Of a DNA stretch of 45,378 nt, positions 1 to 8,641 are shown piece by piece. The number at the start of each line of letters is the position of its first letter. Position 1 is the stretch's first letter. Where the stretch lies: the IMG/VR virus record IMGVR_UViG_2974693523_000001, positions 102,803-148,180 of that record. One strand, written 5' to 3'. Under the pieces are notes generated by a model, which saw only the letters and a list, made by a program, of their open reading frames with translations, ran no database searches and was not told the origin of the DNA. The position numbers and the translations under genes were made by a program. The stretch is from a virus (lineage: Duplodnaviria; Heunggongvirae; Uroviricota; Caudoviricetes; Ackermannviridae).

Positions 1-136
1 CAAACTCATCAATCAAGCCAAAAACATGCTGTTCTCCTATAGTCCTAAAGAAATCAGCTCGTAAATGAGGGATACAATGTCTCATGTACGGCTCGTTATA
101 GACTAAGTTATTAAGAACGATCTGATTAATGATCAT
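1..136 (-). CDS. gp41: Replicative DnaB-like helicase, 5' end only (runs off the window)
   Basis: Manual translation MIINQIVLNNLVYNEPYMRHCIPHLRADFFRTIGEQHVFGLIDEF resembles the T4 gp41 N-terminus. An AAGGA SD lies upstream, and the order uvsX-40-41 matches T4. Confidence 0.8.
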   Translation of the reverse strand, partial: MIINQIVLNNLVYNEPYMRHCIPHLRADFFRTIGEQHVFGLIDEF

Positions 137-138
137 CT

Positions 139-474
139 TTATTCCTTTCTAATAAGAACTGGCGCTTTATTTTTATATGAGCTAGTTAATAAGCTTTCAA
201 GTATAAGCCCTGAGCATCTTGTGAACAAAGGTTTTAGTTTTTGTGATTCTGTATCAATATTGTTAGGGTTCTCAACAATTTGTGTTTTAAATCTAAGTCT
301 ATTGTTCACAAAACCTACATCACCAATATAAAACCTGATACCTTTGAACTTACCACTTTTGATTAGGATGGATGAGGCTAAACCAGCCCCATCCCTTTCA
401 CAATCAATTAACGAGAACTTCGGGGTCAGAATCTTCTTCTTCAAGTTTAGAAACACCTTTGTCAATAAGTGCAT
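139..474 (-). CDS. gp40: Probable gp40-like head vertex assembly chaperone
   Basis: Lies between uvsX and gp41. Contains a GKFKGIRFYIGDVGF...LRFKTQIVENP pattern. GAGGA SD is 8 nt upstream of the ATG. Confidence 0.55.
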   Translation of the reverse strand: MHLLTKVFLNLKKKILTPKFSLIDCERDGAGLASSILIKSGKFKGIRFYIGDVGFVNNRLRFKTQIVENPNNIDTESQKLKPLFTRCSGLILESLLTSSYKNKAPVLIRKE

Positions 475-1531
475 TTTGTAATTCCTCTTGAAGTGGGGTT
501 AACATAGTGCCATTAGAAACACCGTAATACTCGTTAAGAGCTTCAACAACTTGTGGTTGTTCCAAAAGTGTCATAAAGAATAGATCATCCATATCTTTCT
601 TTTGACGCTTTTTAGCATCTGGTAAACCTGATGCTTCTGTGCGCTGGTACCAAGCACCTGATTGATTAATAAACCCTAACAGGATCATAGTCTCAAGCAT
701 ACCTGACCAACGATAAATACCACCGTTATACATAACGGTTAGAGGCATAACCAGCTTTTCTTTTGTAAAGCGTCCTTTTCGGATAGAAATGTTGAAGTTC
801 CAACCAACAAGTTCTTTATCATCTTTGATTTGTGAACGTGTAATAAACCATAGGTTATCACAAGACAGCAAACCTTGTTGACCACCTTTATAAATTTCTT
901 CCGCGTACTTGTTACCCATTTCTTTATAAAAACCGTTGATCCATACTAATGGAATGTCACGGAAGTTAATAACCGGTGTAATACAGCGCCAAAATGAGTT
1001 CAGTGCACCCGCTCGGCTCATATCTTTAGTACCGTTTTCTTCTACCATGTCTTCATATTCTTTTTTCGATGGTAGTTGGGCAATGGAGTCAATAAAGATA
1101 ATAACTTTATTGACATCTGGAATAACTTTTTCCAAGTTATGTAACAAACCATGCTGTAATTCTTCAACATGTCTGATAGGCATATGGATAACACGATCCA
1201 TATCAATATTGAAAGCATTCCAATATTTTGCGTTAGCGCCGCGCTCTGAGTCACAGAAAATTGCAATATTTTCTTCATCAGCATCCAAATATGCAGCCAC
1301 AGCGGCTAGACCAACGTTGGTTTTGAACGTTCGAGACTCACCAACAATTTGATGTGAACCACCCATAATACCACCGTCTACCTTACCACTAAAACAGGCG
1401 TTAAGTAGAGGTATTGAAGTTTTTGCAATCACTTCTTTTGAAATATATTTGGATTGACTCATTACATTAAATAATGGATTTTTCTTGTTTGCTTCAAGGA
1501 GTCTTGCAATTGTTGAGTTAGGTTTTTTCAT
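404..1531 (-). CDS. uvsX: UvsX RecA-like recombinase
   Basis: Walker A variant GESRTFKT, Walker B IFIDSIAQL, DSERG motif and acidic C-terminal tail. Confidence 0.93.
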   Translation of the reverse strand: MKKPNSTIARLLEANKKNPLFNVMSQSKYISKEVIAKTSIPLLNACFSGKVDGGIMGGSHQIVGESRTFKTNVGLAAVAAYLDADEENIAIFCDSERGANAKYWNAFNIDMDRVIHMPIRHVEELQHGLLHNLEKVIPDVNKVIIFIDSIAQLPSKKEYEDMVEENGTKDMSRAGALNSFWRCITPVINFRDIPLVWINGFYKEMGNKYAEEIYKGGQQGLLSCDNLWFITRSQIKDDKELVGWNFNISIRKGRFTKEKLVMPLTVMYNGGIYRWSGMLETMILLGFINQSGAWYQRTEASGLPDAKKRQKKDMDDLFFMTLLEQPQVVEALNEYYGVSNGTMLTPLQEELQNALIDKGVSKLEEEDSDPEVLVN

Positions 1532-2160
1532 TACTCATTCCTTAATGGTATGGTATTTGATGTTACCAGATCGTCAACTGACAATCCAGTATTTGGTAAA
1601 ACTTGATTAATATACGATTTAAGATTTTCTGTTTTTTCAACAGCTTCTTTAATCACTGTTGTTAGATTTCCAATGGTCTCGTTTTGAATATTGAGCGCTT
1701 CATTTAAATCTGTAATAGTTTGCTCTGCATCTTGTAAGCGACAAAATACATGATAAAAATTAGTAAATTCTTCTACGAATCCACCTACCATGGGATAAAT
1801 GGTGTCATAGTTAGCTGACACAACATTAATAGACTCAATATCAACATAATCACACCAATGGTCTTTGACGTCTTCCTTATCAGCTTTATACAGACAATCA
1901 AAAATAATACTTATTGATTCATGTAATAATGGTGTTGTTGTTTCAACTTCAACATAACCTATTGCAGTTTCACCTTCATCAACGTTATCGTCACAAGAAA
2001 CAAAAGAATATTTAATGTTTTCGTTTATTTTGTTTACTTCTTCAACCATTTGTTTAATGGGTGTTGCATCAGAACATGGTATTGAAAAAGTAAATTTTGA
2101 CACTAACACATAATTTAACTGTGGATTATCACCAGTGATTAAAATACCTTCGTTACTCAT
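1531..2160 (-). CDS. Hypothetical protein, acidic, with a C-terminal coiled coil
   Basis: 209-aa ORF overlapping both neighbours in an operon-like way. No recognisable motif. Confidence 0.7.
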   Translation of the reverse strand: MSNEGILITGDNPQLNYVLVSKFTFSIPCSDATPIKQMVEEVNKINENIKYSFVSCDDNVDEGETAIGYVEVETTTPLLHESISIIFDCLYKADKEDVKDHWCDYVDIESINVVSANYDTIYPMVGGFVEEFTNFYHVFCRLQDAEQTITDLNEALNIQNETIGNLTTVIKEAVEKTENLKSYINQVLPNTGLSVDDLVTSNTIPLRNE

Positions 2161-2806
2161 TTGATAAACCCTTTGATAGATTGATTAAACTTAACAGAGC
2201 ATTACAAGGTTCATTTAGTTGTACCGTTGGCTTATTCTCATTTGTTTTATCATAAGAACCATCAACAGCACCATTCATGGCACGATGCATGTTCAGTGCT
2301 GATTTCTTTTCATAAGCAAGCATAAATTGATCTGCACTCACATCAATTAAGAATAGATGTACTGCAACAAATGTAATTAACTCTAGAGTTGAGCAATAAA
2401 TAAGACTTGAATGATCTGCCAGTACAGAAACATAATTATTCAAAATGTTTCGTATTACTGGTTTATCACAGTGTTTGAAATGGGTTATATCAATTTGATC
2501 TATTTCTGATTGATCGGCTTCAATTAAATTGTCTTCAAAATTGTAATAACTACAGATATATGAAACTGTGTCAACCAACTCAAATAAAGCAGCTTCGCGA
2601 TTAATGGGGCAGTTTCCAAAGTGTTTCCACAACCCTTCTATTTCGCGACCAAACTCACCAATATACTCAAACATTGCACTAGTTTTTAAACCATCAACTT
2701 CTAAAACGTGCATCCATTTCTTACCATGGTATAAATCGTTTAAATAAGCTTGACGGTTGATGATGTACTTAACATCACCAACACTTAATTTGAAATTATT
2801 CACCAC
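2153..2806 (-). CDS. Dimeric all-alpha dUTPase/dCTPase (MazG-like superfamily)
   Basis: EFGRE...REAALFELVDTVSY and AYEKKSALNMHRAMNG..Y match dimeric dUTPase motifs (ExxE, EExxD, YxxKNxxNxxR). Confidence 0.75.
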   Translation of the reverse strand: MVNNFKLSVGDVKYIINRQAYLNDLYHGKKWMHVLEVDGLKTSAMFEYIGEFGREIEGLWKHFGNCPINREAALFELVDTVSYICSYYNFEDNLIEADQSEIDQIDITHFKHCDKPVIRNILNNYVSVLADHSSLIYCSTLELITFVAVHLFLIDVSADQFMLAYEKKSALNMHRAMNGAVDGSYDKTNENKPTVQLNEPCNALLSLINLSKGLSNE

Positions 2807-3374
2807 AATATAACTCCATCATAGTTACAAACTTTTCTAAAGACCTAAGTTCTTTAGCGTTATAAAAAGTATCGGAAACGTCAAACGTATCAATTATGTT
2901 TTCTTGGTCGTTTCTTACTTCGTTTGACGTAATATCAACAATCTTAATAATATCAAGTTTGTTGCTAGTGACGAAGTCATATTCCCATGGATGTCTGAGG
3001 TCAGCAAATATAAAGAGTGTATCTTTTTCTGCTGCTATGCGTGGTAGCCACTCCTTTAAAGTTTGGTTAAGTAAAACGTATTCATCAATATAAACCATGT
3101 TCTTACTCGAGCCAAAGCCGCATAAAATCAACCATATATCTCTTGGTGAAAGATTGTGTTTGTTTCTTGGGTGAATAATGGGTTTATCTTTTTCTTCATG
3201 ACTTGGATTTAAAGGGCACCAAGGAAAAAGTTGATGAGCTATTTTTTTGAGTTGATCACCAAAACAAATTTTTTGAATTTTTTTGTATTTTGTTTTATGA
3301 TTTTTAATAAAGTGATCTACCAGTGTATCCTTACCAGAACCTTTACGCCCAGTAATAACAATTACATTTTCCAT
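2796..3374 (-). CDS. Deoxynucleoside monophosphate kinase (T4 gp1-like)
   Basis: N-terminal P-loop ITGRKGSGKDT, FGDQLK, and a DLRHPWE motif (cf. DxRFxxE). Confidence 0.85.
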   Translation of the reverse strand: MENVIVITGRKGSGKDTLVDHFIKNHKTKYKKIQKICFGDQLKKIAHQLFPWCPLNPSHEEKDKPIIHPRNKHNLSPRDIWLILCGFGSSKNMVYIDEYVLLNQTLKEWLPRIAAEKDTLFIFADLRHPWEYDFVTSNKLDIIKIVDITSNEVRNDQENIIDTFDVSDTFYNAKELRSLEKFVTMMELYCGE

Positions 3375-3395
3375 TTATTTTCTCCAATAAAAAAA

Positions 3396-3416
3396 GGGAC
3401 TGTATTATACAGTCCC
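3396..3416 (-). terminator. Intrinsic terminator after the 325-aa gene; TATAAT lies in its loop
   Basis: Perfect inverted repeat gggactgta-tta-tacagtccc, followed by a T run on the minus strand. Confidence 0.75.
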
Positions 3417-3434
3417 ATCTTATCACATGTTAAC

Positions 3435-4412
3435 TTATTTGAAGTATTGTGCAAACACGCCATCAACAGATGCAGTCAGATAGTCAGCAAGTGCAGTGTT
3501 TGGATCCGTTTTCGCAAAGTCAGAAGGCTTTTTATCACCGTGAATTGCTTTGCTGTAGCCATCGGCATCAAACTTAACGCGATCACCAACCGATTTACTT
3601 TCGATGTATAGTGATGCACTTGCACCGCCTTTCTTAAGTGCTGATACAACAAACGTTGGATTCTTATGCTTACCTTCGTTTTCAGCAACAAAGTTTGATT
3701 TGAAAGGCACTTCAAAGTGATACCAGCGCTCAGAAGGCTCTGCATAAACAAATTTGAAACCGGCTGCTTCAAGCGCTTTGATCAGAGCACCATTAGTGCC
3801 TTCACGAACAACACCCATAAATTCTTCGCGGTTGTTTTTCTTACGGCGGGTACCAGTTTCTTGGAAATCACGCGCTTTCGCTGCTTTCACTGGCTTTTTA
3901 GGATCAACACCCATCATTTTCATAGCATCAATTTCTTCTTGGGTGTATTGTTTTTGATCTTGTGGTTGATCTGTAGCTTCAGTTGCTTCTGTAGCTTGAT
4001 TTGCTTCAGTTGCTTCTGTAGCTTGATTTGCTTCAGTTGCTTCTGTAGCTTGATTTGCTTCAGTTGCTTGAACAGGTTCATCAGTTACAACTTCAGGGGT
4101 TGTTTCAGTAGCTTCATTTTTTTCGCCAGTTACAACTTCAGAAGGCTCGGTTACAACGTCATCAGTTAGTTCGAGAGGATCAACACCTTCAACAACTTCA
4201 ATGATTTCATAATCACCTACTTTTACATTGACTTCACGTAGTAGGTGAGACAATGTTGCGCGACCTAGATTTGGTGCATTTTCAGCTTTGATTTGACCAA
4301 GAACGTAATCCATCAGTTCAGGGTTTACGTTATCCAGTTGGTCCTGCGTTAGTTGCAGAGAGAAACCGGCTGGAACGTTAATAAGTTGAAAAGTTTTCAT
4401 ATTTTTCTCCAA
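3435..4412 (-). CDS. Hypothetical protein with an acidic repeat linker
   Basis: 325-aa ORF with a GGAG SD (likely start at MKTF, 4400). Has its own upstream promoter region and downstream terminator. Confidence 0.85.
   Translation of the reverse strand: MEKNMKTFQLINVPAGFSLQLTQDQLDNVNPELMDYVLGQIKAENAPNLGRATLSHLLREVNVKVGDYEIIEVVEGVDPLELTDDVVTEPSEVVTGEKNEATETTPEVVTDEPVQATEANQATEATEANQATEATEANQATEATEATDQPQDQKQYTQEEIDAMKMMGVDPKKPVKAAKARDFQETGTRRKKNNREEFMGVVREGTNGALIKALEAAGFKFVYAEPSERWYHFEVPFKSNFVAENEGKHKNPTFVVSALKKGGASASLYIESKSVGDRVKFDADGYSKAIHGDKKPSDFAKTDPNTALADYLTASVDGVFAQYFK
3971..4069. repeat. In-frame 27-bp tandem repeat (3 perfect copies plus one 18-bp partial) encoding ATEANQATE
   Basis: ctgtagcttgatttgcttcagttgctt at 3989, 4016 and 4043; partial copy at 3971-3988. 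Confidence 0.95.
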
Positions 4413-4444
4413 AATTGAGTTTTTAGTTTTTTGTGGCTCATGCC

Positions 4445-4493
4445 TGTTTACAAAGTAGAGTCATAATTACACGAATAAATCAGTTTGTAAACA
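4445..4493. promoter_or_regulatory. 10-bp inverted repeat bracketing a probable early promoter
   Basis: TGTTTACAAA-N29-TTTGTAAACA. On the minus strand, GTTTACA resembles the T4 early -35 element. Confidence 0.5.
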
Positions 4494-4521
4494 CATTTCT
4501 TAAAAAATTATCAAAATTTTA

Positions 4522-4824
4522 TTATTCTGCTTTTAGTACGGATCTCAATAACTCACTAACATAGATCTCACCATTAGTCTTGAACTCAATTCTGATTTTA
4601 TCCGAATCAGTGTCCGTACTTACAATGAAATAATCATAAAATGATGGTGTCTGTAATCTAGAATCTCTTTTCCAGATACAGAATTGACATTCACTATAAA
4701 ACTTGTCATTAAGTTTGGCTACAATTTGTGCCATAGTATCCAAACAAACAGGCGCTGACATAAATTCACTAACAATTTCATTAGAAAGATACTTCTTAAT
4801 TCTTTCATTTAGTTCATTAACCAT
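4522..4824 (-). CDS. Hypothetical protein
   Basis: 100-aa ORF with a GGAG SD, abutting the upstream gene. Confidence 0.7.
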   Translation of the reverse strand: MVNELNERIKKYLSNEIVSEFMSAPVCLDTMAQIVAKLNDKFYSECQFCIWKRDSRLQTPSFYDYFIVSTDTDSDKIRIEFKTNGEIYVSELLRSVLKAE

Positions 4825-4825
4825 G

Positions 4826-5482
4826 TTAATTCTCCGTTAACCAAATAGCTAAATTACAAACAGAACTTTCATCTTCCAATAGTTCATACCACATTGAACC
4901 CATATAACCCTGCATACCTAATAGCATCACCTGTTTCGGATCTTCATTAGATAAATCAAAGGCAGTATGTGAGGCGGGAATTACAATCTTGTTGCATACT
5001 GGTTTCACACTTTTAAATACTTCATATGAGTCATCAAAAATTGCGTCAAACCTAACATAGTTTTTATCCGCAGTATCAATGAAACCAGAAAACACCCCTT
5101 CAAAATGTTTTTCAAGGTATCTCTTTTTACTTTGTATGTGCTCAGGCATACATTTAGAAACAACAATATGCTCTACCGGTCGTCCTGTTAAATTAGTTAT
5201 GTAATCACCTAATCTAATAATCAACGAGCGCTGTTCGTTGTCAAAGGGTTTCATATCATCATATAGGTTTGGTTGTTTCCAAAAATCAATTGAACTACAA
5301 CCTATAAGATTATCAAAATAGGGGACAAGATCATCCCCTAAACCAACAACCTCTTCAAACTGTACCCAATCAACTGGCTTTAAGCGTTTATTAACCCAAT
5401 CAATCCATTCAGTAAGCCCATCATTTAACGTATAGTCAAAATCCCATGCAATAATAAAAGGTTTTTTCATGATATTTACCAT
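4826..5482 (-). CDS. HAD-family 5'(3')-deoxyribonucleotidase
   Basis: HAD motif I WDFDYTL, FWKQPNLYDDMKP, K..YL motif and terminal IFDDS. Confidence 0.8.
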   Translation of the reverse strand: MVNIMKKPFIIAWDFDYTLNDGLTEWIDWVNKRLKPVDWVQFEEVVGLGDDLVPYFDNLIGCSSIDFWKQPNLYDDMKPFDNEQRSLIIRLGDYITNLTGRPVEHIVVSKCMPEHIQSKKRYLEKHFEGVFSGFIDTADKNYVRFDAIFDDSYEVFKSVKPVCNKIVIPASHTAFDLSNEDPKQVMLLGMQGYMGSMWYELLEDESSVCNLAIWLTEN

Positions 5483-8400
5483 AGTTTTGTAGCTGTAGTT
5501 TTTACAGGTGTTTTAAGTCTTTTTGCTTTGTCTAGTGAATTACGCCCACTTAGACGTTTTGCTGATGGATCAACATCACCGCTCTTAGTAAAAGAATGTC
5601 TTGTGTCATGGGACCATCCTATCTTTTCAAGTATAAGTGACAAAGGTTTAATGAAAATTTTATGTAACATAGCATCTTTATCAACGTACTTATTTACATC
5701 CCATTCAGGGGGTAATTCACCACTAAACGCAAATGAATTAACACCAAAAGGATTATTATCCTTTAAACTAACGAGAAGGATTTTATCACCTGATGCAATA
5801 GGTTTTACACCTGGGATTGGATGTGCTTCTAGTTGTTTATTGTGTGCGTATGCTGCGCGAACGTGCGCTGGTGTTCGTGGGTGTGACCATCCTCTTGGAT
5901 CTGATGCATCATACCATTTATCCATGTTTTTTATACCCTTAGCCGCTGCCATTACCTCAATTGGTAGTTGCTTCCACTCCTCTCTGACTTTCTTAATATA
6001 TTCTTTTACCTCAGATTCACTACCCAACAAACAAATCTTATAAACCTTTTTCATATGGTTTCGCGACCATTCAGGGTAATCAGATTTTTTCGCAGCCACA
6101 CCAGTTATTTTTATGTAAGGTTCTTCGAAATATGTACCTTCACTATCCTTAACTGCCATAACATACATTTTTGGAGCTTGCCAAATTGCTGATATGGCTA
6201 TTACTTCACGCTCCCAGAACATACGTTGCTCATAACCATTGACTGTTATACAAAGATCTTCAGCAAATTTAGCTATTCTAGGTTCAATTTCCTTTTTAGT
6301 AAATTGGTCTAGGAATTTCACAACGCCTGTAATATCAGACTCATCCAAATTATGTTTTTTAACTACTGCATCTAATGTCACATAGTTAGAGTCAGTATCC
6401 CCTGCAGGTATGTAATCTTGACCGTTAGTACCTAAGTAACTATTAAGATATTGATTTAGATAATGCATATTCCATTTATTAATTAAGCGTCCGGAAGCAC
6501 AAATACCTTCACCAATATCGACATCAAAGTAATCCTTAAACCAGATTGTTGTCATTGCTCCATAGAAAGCATTCATAAGGATTTTCATACCCTGCTGAAA
6601 GCTGTCTTGTTCTGATTCACAATCAGCTAATTCATGAAGTAAATTTTCAAGAGCTTCTTTTTCAAGTTGTTTTAATTGAGTATAGAATTCATCATCCCAT
6701 GCTCTATGACTTGTATGTTGCTCAGTTGGTACAAAGGGTGCGTTTATATATTCTTCAACCCATACACCACGCTGTTCAAAATGCTGCATACGCTTCTTAA
6801 AGACTTTACGCTCACCATATATCATACGTGTTACTTCTGATGGTGCTGAAATAGTATCACGTTTGAAGAAGTGAAGGTTTGGTGTCATTGCTACGTTATA
6901 GTCACGTAATGTTTGTAACTCAATTTTACCAACATTGATCAATTCATCAACAATGTCAGTACTTCTTGCAGCAACAGACTCCATTAATTTACGTAACGCT
7001 GACTTACGCTTGAGATCAAACTCAGCAAGCATAAGAACACGTATTTCTTCTTCCAAATCAAAAAGAATATCAAAACGCTCTTGTTCGCTAACCTTTGTTT
7101 CAATACCAAGGTTGTATTGTTGCATAATATGTGGGTATAGTGAGTTTAAGTCAATGGATATTAACCACTTATAGAACCCAGCTATAACAGCTTTAACATA
7201 ACCACCGTCAAATTCTTTACGCTCTTTAGATACTCTACGAATAAGTGGTCTTACCCCTTTTTCTAAAAGGAACCAACCCATTAGTGCATTCCAAGGTTGA
7301 ACAGTACCCAAGGCATCTTCAAAATTACACTTTGCCTTGTATGCAATAGCGTAGGTCAACTGCATATATTTCAATTTGTCATTGATACGATCAACTAATC
7401 GAATATCCTTTTTACCGTAATCTACGTATTTGGTCCAATTAGTAAAATAAAGCATTGTTAGAGTGCGCGCTTCTGCATAATCCAGCTTTCTTTCACCAGT
7501 CTCAACATAACCTATATGATCAAGGGAATATGACTCTCTCGTCGTTCTACAGTGTTTTTTGTATAGGTCAATATAATCAATCATATCAGTGCCTTGGAAT
7601 CTATACTTGATCCTCTTTACACCATTAGCATTCTTATATTTGACCTGTTTTACATCCTTCCAAGGGCTTAAATAAGCTGCGTTTTCTTCACCTAATATTT
7701 TACGAATACGTTCATAAAGATATGGGTTATCAAACGTCTCTATGTTCCATCCTGTCCAAACATCAAAACCCTGTTTAAACCAATATTGGATAAAATGAGT
7801 TAATAACTCTTGTTCGGTGTTGAACTCATAATAAAATGATTTGTATCCACCTTCGTAGGTACCTGATTCTTTATAGATGCCTCTTGCGTTAGGCTCAGGT
7901 AAACCCCATACGAACATAAACTTTTCACCAGTTATATTATCGTATGTTGAAATCTGAATTAGTGTAATTGGGAATGCAGCGTTTAAATCCCATATTGAAG
8001 GAATAACAGTTCCTGGGAAATCACGTTTTAGCCATTCATGGCTTTTTTCAACTGCTTGGATGTATTTTAGTTTAGCTAAGTTACTGTCTACTTGTTCTTC
8101 TTCATCTTCATCGTCATTATCATCAGTGTTAATAACGCTAAATGTATCTTCATAGATTATAGGTTGTGGAAATGGACCATTATGTATTTCTCCATTCTCA
8201 TCCCTATAACCAGACACAACCTCAATATCCACGTTAGCTAATTTTAGGTGGCGCCAATTAAATTCTAAATGCCCTTTGAAATTTTTAGCAATAAACTGGT
8301 TACAAAAATCATCCTGTCCATAGATCTTCACATCACTAACGTCTTTATTAGTTTCAAGAAAATCCCTCATTTCCCAAAAGTTTTTGAACTTTATTTTTTT

Positions 8401-8592
8401 AAGTGGTTCTAAATGCAACCCTTTAAATTCTGATGGTTCACCACTAAAGCGTTTATCACTTGCTAGTGCATACAACTCAGGCTCATACTTTTTGTCAACC
8501 ATGCGACGGTTGCCGTATTTATCCATTATTCTTAAACGAACATTGGTGCCTTTCTGGTAGAAGTTTGTATATACTACAGACATATCTATCAC
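5476..8592 (-). CDS. gp43: Family B DNA polymerase (T4 gp43-like) with insertions
   Basis: ExoI VDIEV, ExoII GWNIETFDNPY, ExoIII Y...D; polymerase motifs DLNSLYP, KILMNAFYG and GDTDS. Confidence 0.97.
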   Translation of the reverse strand: MIDMSVVYTNFYQKGTNVRLRIMDKYGNRRMVDKKYEPELYALASDKRFSGEPSEFKGLHLEPLKKIKFKNFWEMRDFLETNKDVSDVKIYGQDDFCNQFIAKNFKGHLEFNWRHLKLANVDIEVVSGYRDENGEIHNGPFPQPIIYEDTFSVINTDDNDDEDEEEQVDSNLAKLKYIQAVEKSHEWLKRDFPGTVIPSIWDLNAAFPITLIQISTYDNITGEKFMFVWGLPEPNARGIYKESGTYEGGYKSFYYEFNTEQELLTHFIQYWFKQGFDVWTGWNIETFDNPYLYERIRKILGEENAAYLSPWKDVKQVKYKNANGVKRIKYRFQGTDMIDYIDLYKKHCRTTRESYSLDHIGYVETGERKLDYAEARTLTMLYFTNWTKYVDYGKKDIRLVDRINDKLKYMQLTYAIAYKAKCNFEDALGTVQPWNALMGWFLLEKGVRPLIRRVSKERKEFDGGYVKAVIAGFYKWLISIDLNSLYPHIMQQYNLGIETKVSEQERFDILFDLEEEIRVLMLAEFDLKRKSALRKLMESVAARSTDIVDELINVGKIELQTLRDYNVAMTPNLHFFKRDTISAPSEVTRMIYGERKVFKKRMQHFEQRGVWVEEYINAPFVPTEQHTSHRAWDDEFYTQLKQLEKEALENLLHELADCESEQDSFQQGMKILMNAFYGAMTTIWFKDYFDVDIGEGICASGRLINKWNMHYLNQYLNSYLGTNGQDYIPAGDTDSNYVTLDAVVKKHNLDESDITGVVKFLDQFTKKEIEPRIAKFAEDLCITVNGYEQRMFWEREVIAISAIWQAPKMYVMAVKDSEGTYFEEPYIKITGVAAKKSDYPEWSRNHMKKVYKICLLGSESEVKEYIKKVREEWKQLPIEVMAAAKGIKNMDKWYDASDPRGWSHPRTPAHVRAAYAHNKQLEAHPIPGVKPIASGDKILLVSLKDNNPFGVNSFAFSGELPPEWDVNKYVDKDAMLHKIFIKPLSLILEKIGWSHDTRHSFTKSGDVDPSAKRLSGRNSLDKAKRLKTPVKTTATKLW

Positions 8593-8601
8593 CTTAAAAA
8601 T

Positions 8602-8631
8602 AAATCAGGCGTTTATTATAACGCCTGATTT
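8602..8631. terminator. Terminator-like hairpin between the sigma gene and gp43, with TATAAT (minus strand) across the loop
   Basis: Perfect 12-bp inverted repeat aaatcaggcgtt-tattat-aacgcctgattt. Confidence 0.7.
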
Positions 8632-8641
8632 GCTGTTTGAA

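Noticed and set aside
3971-4069. 27-bp repeats as a CRISPR array
   Set aside because: The repeats are directly tandem, have no spacers and are in frame within a CDS.
6385-6415. Polymerase motif C reading AGDTDS rather than YGDTDS
   Set aside because: AGDTDS is also the T4 gp43 form, so it is not unusual.
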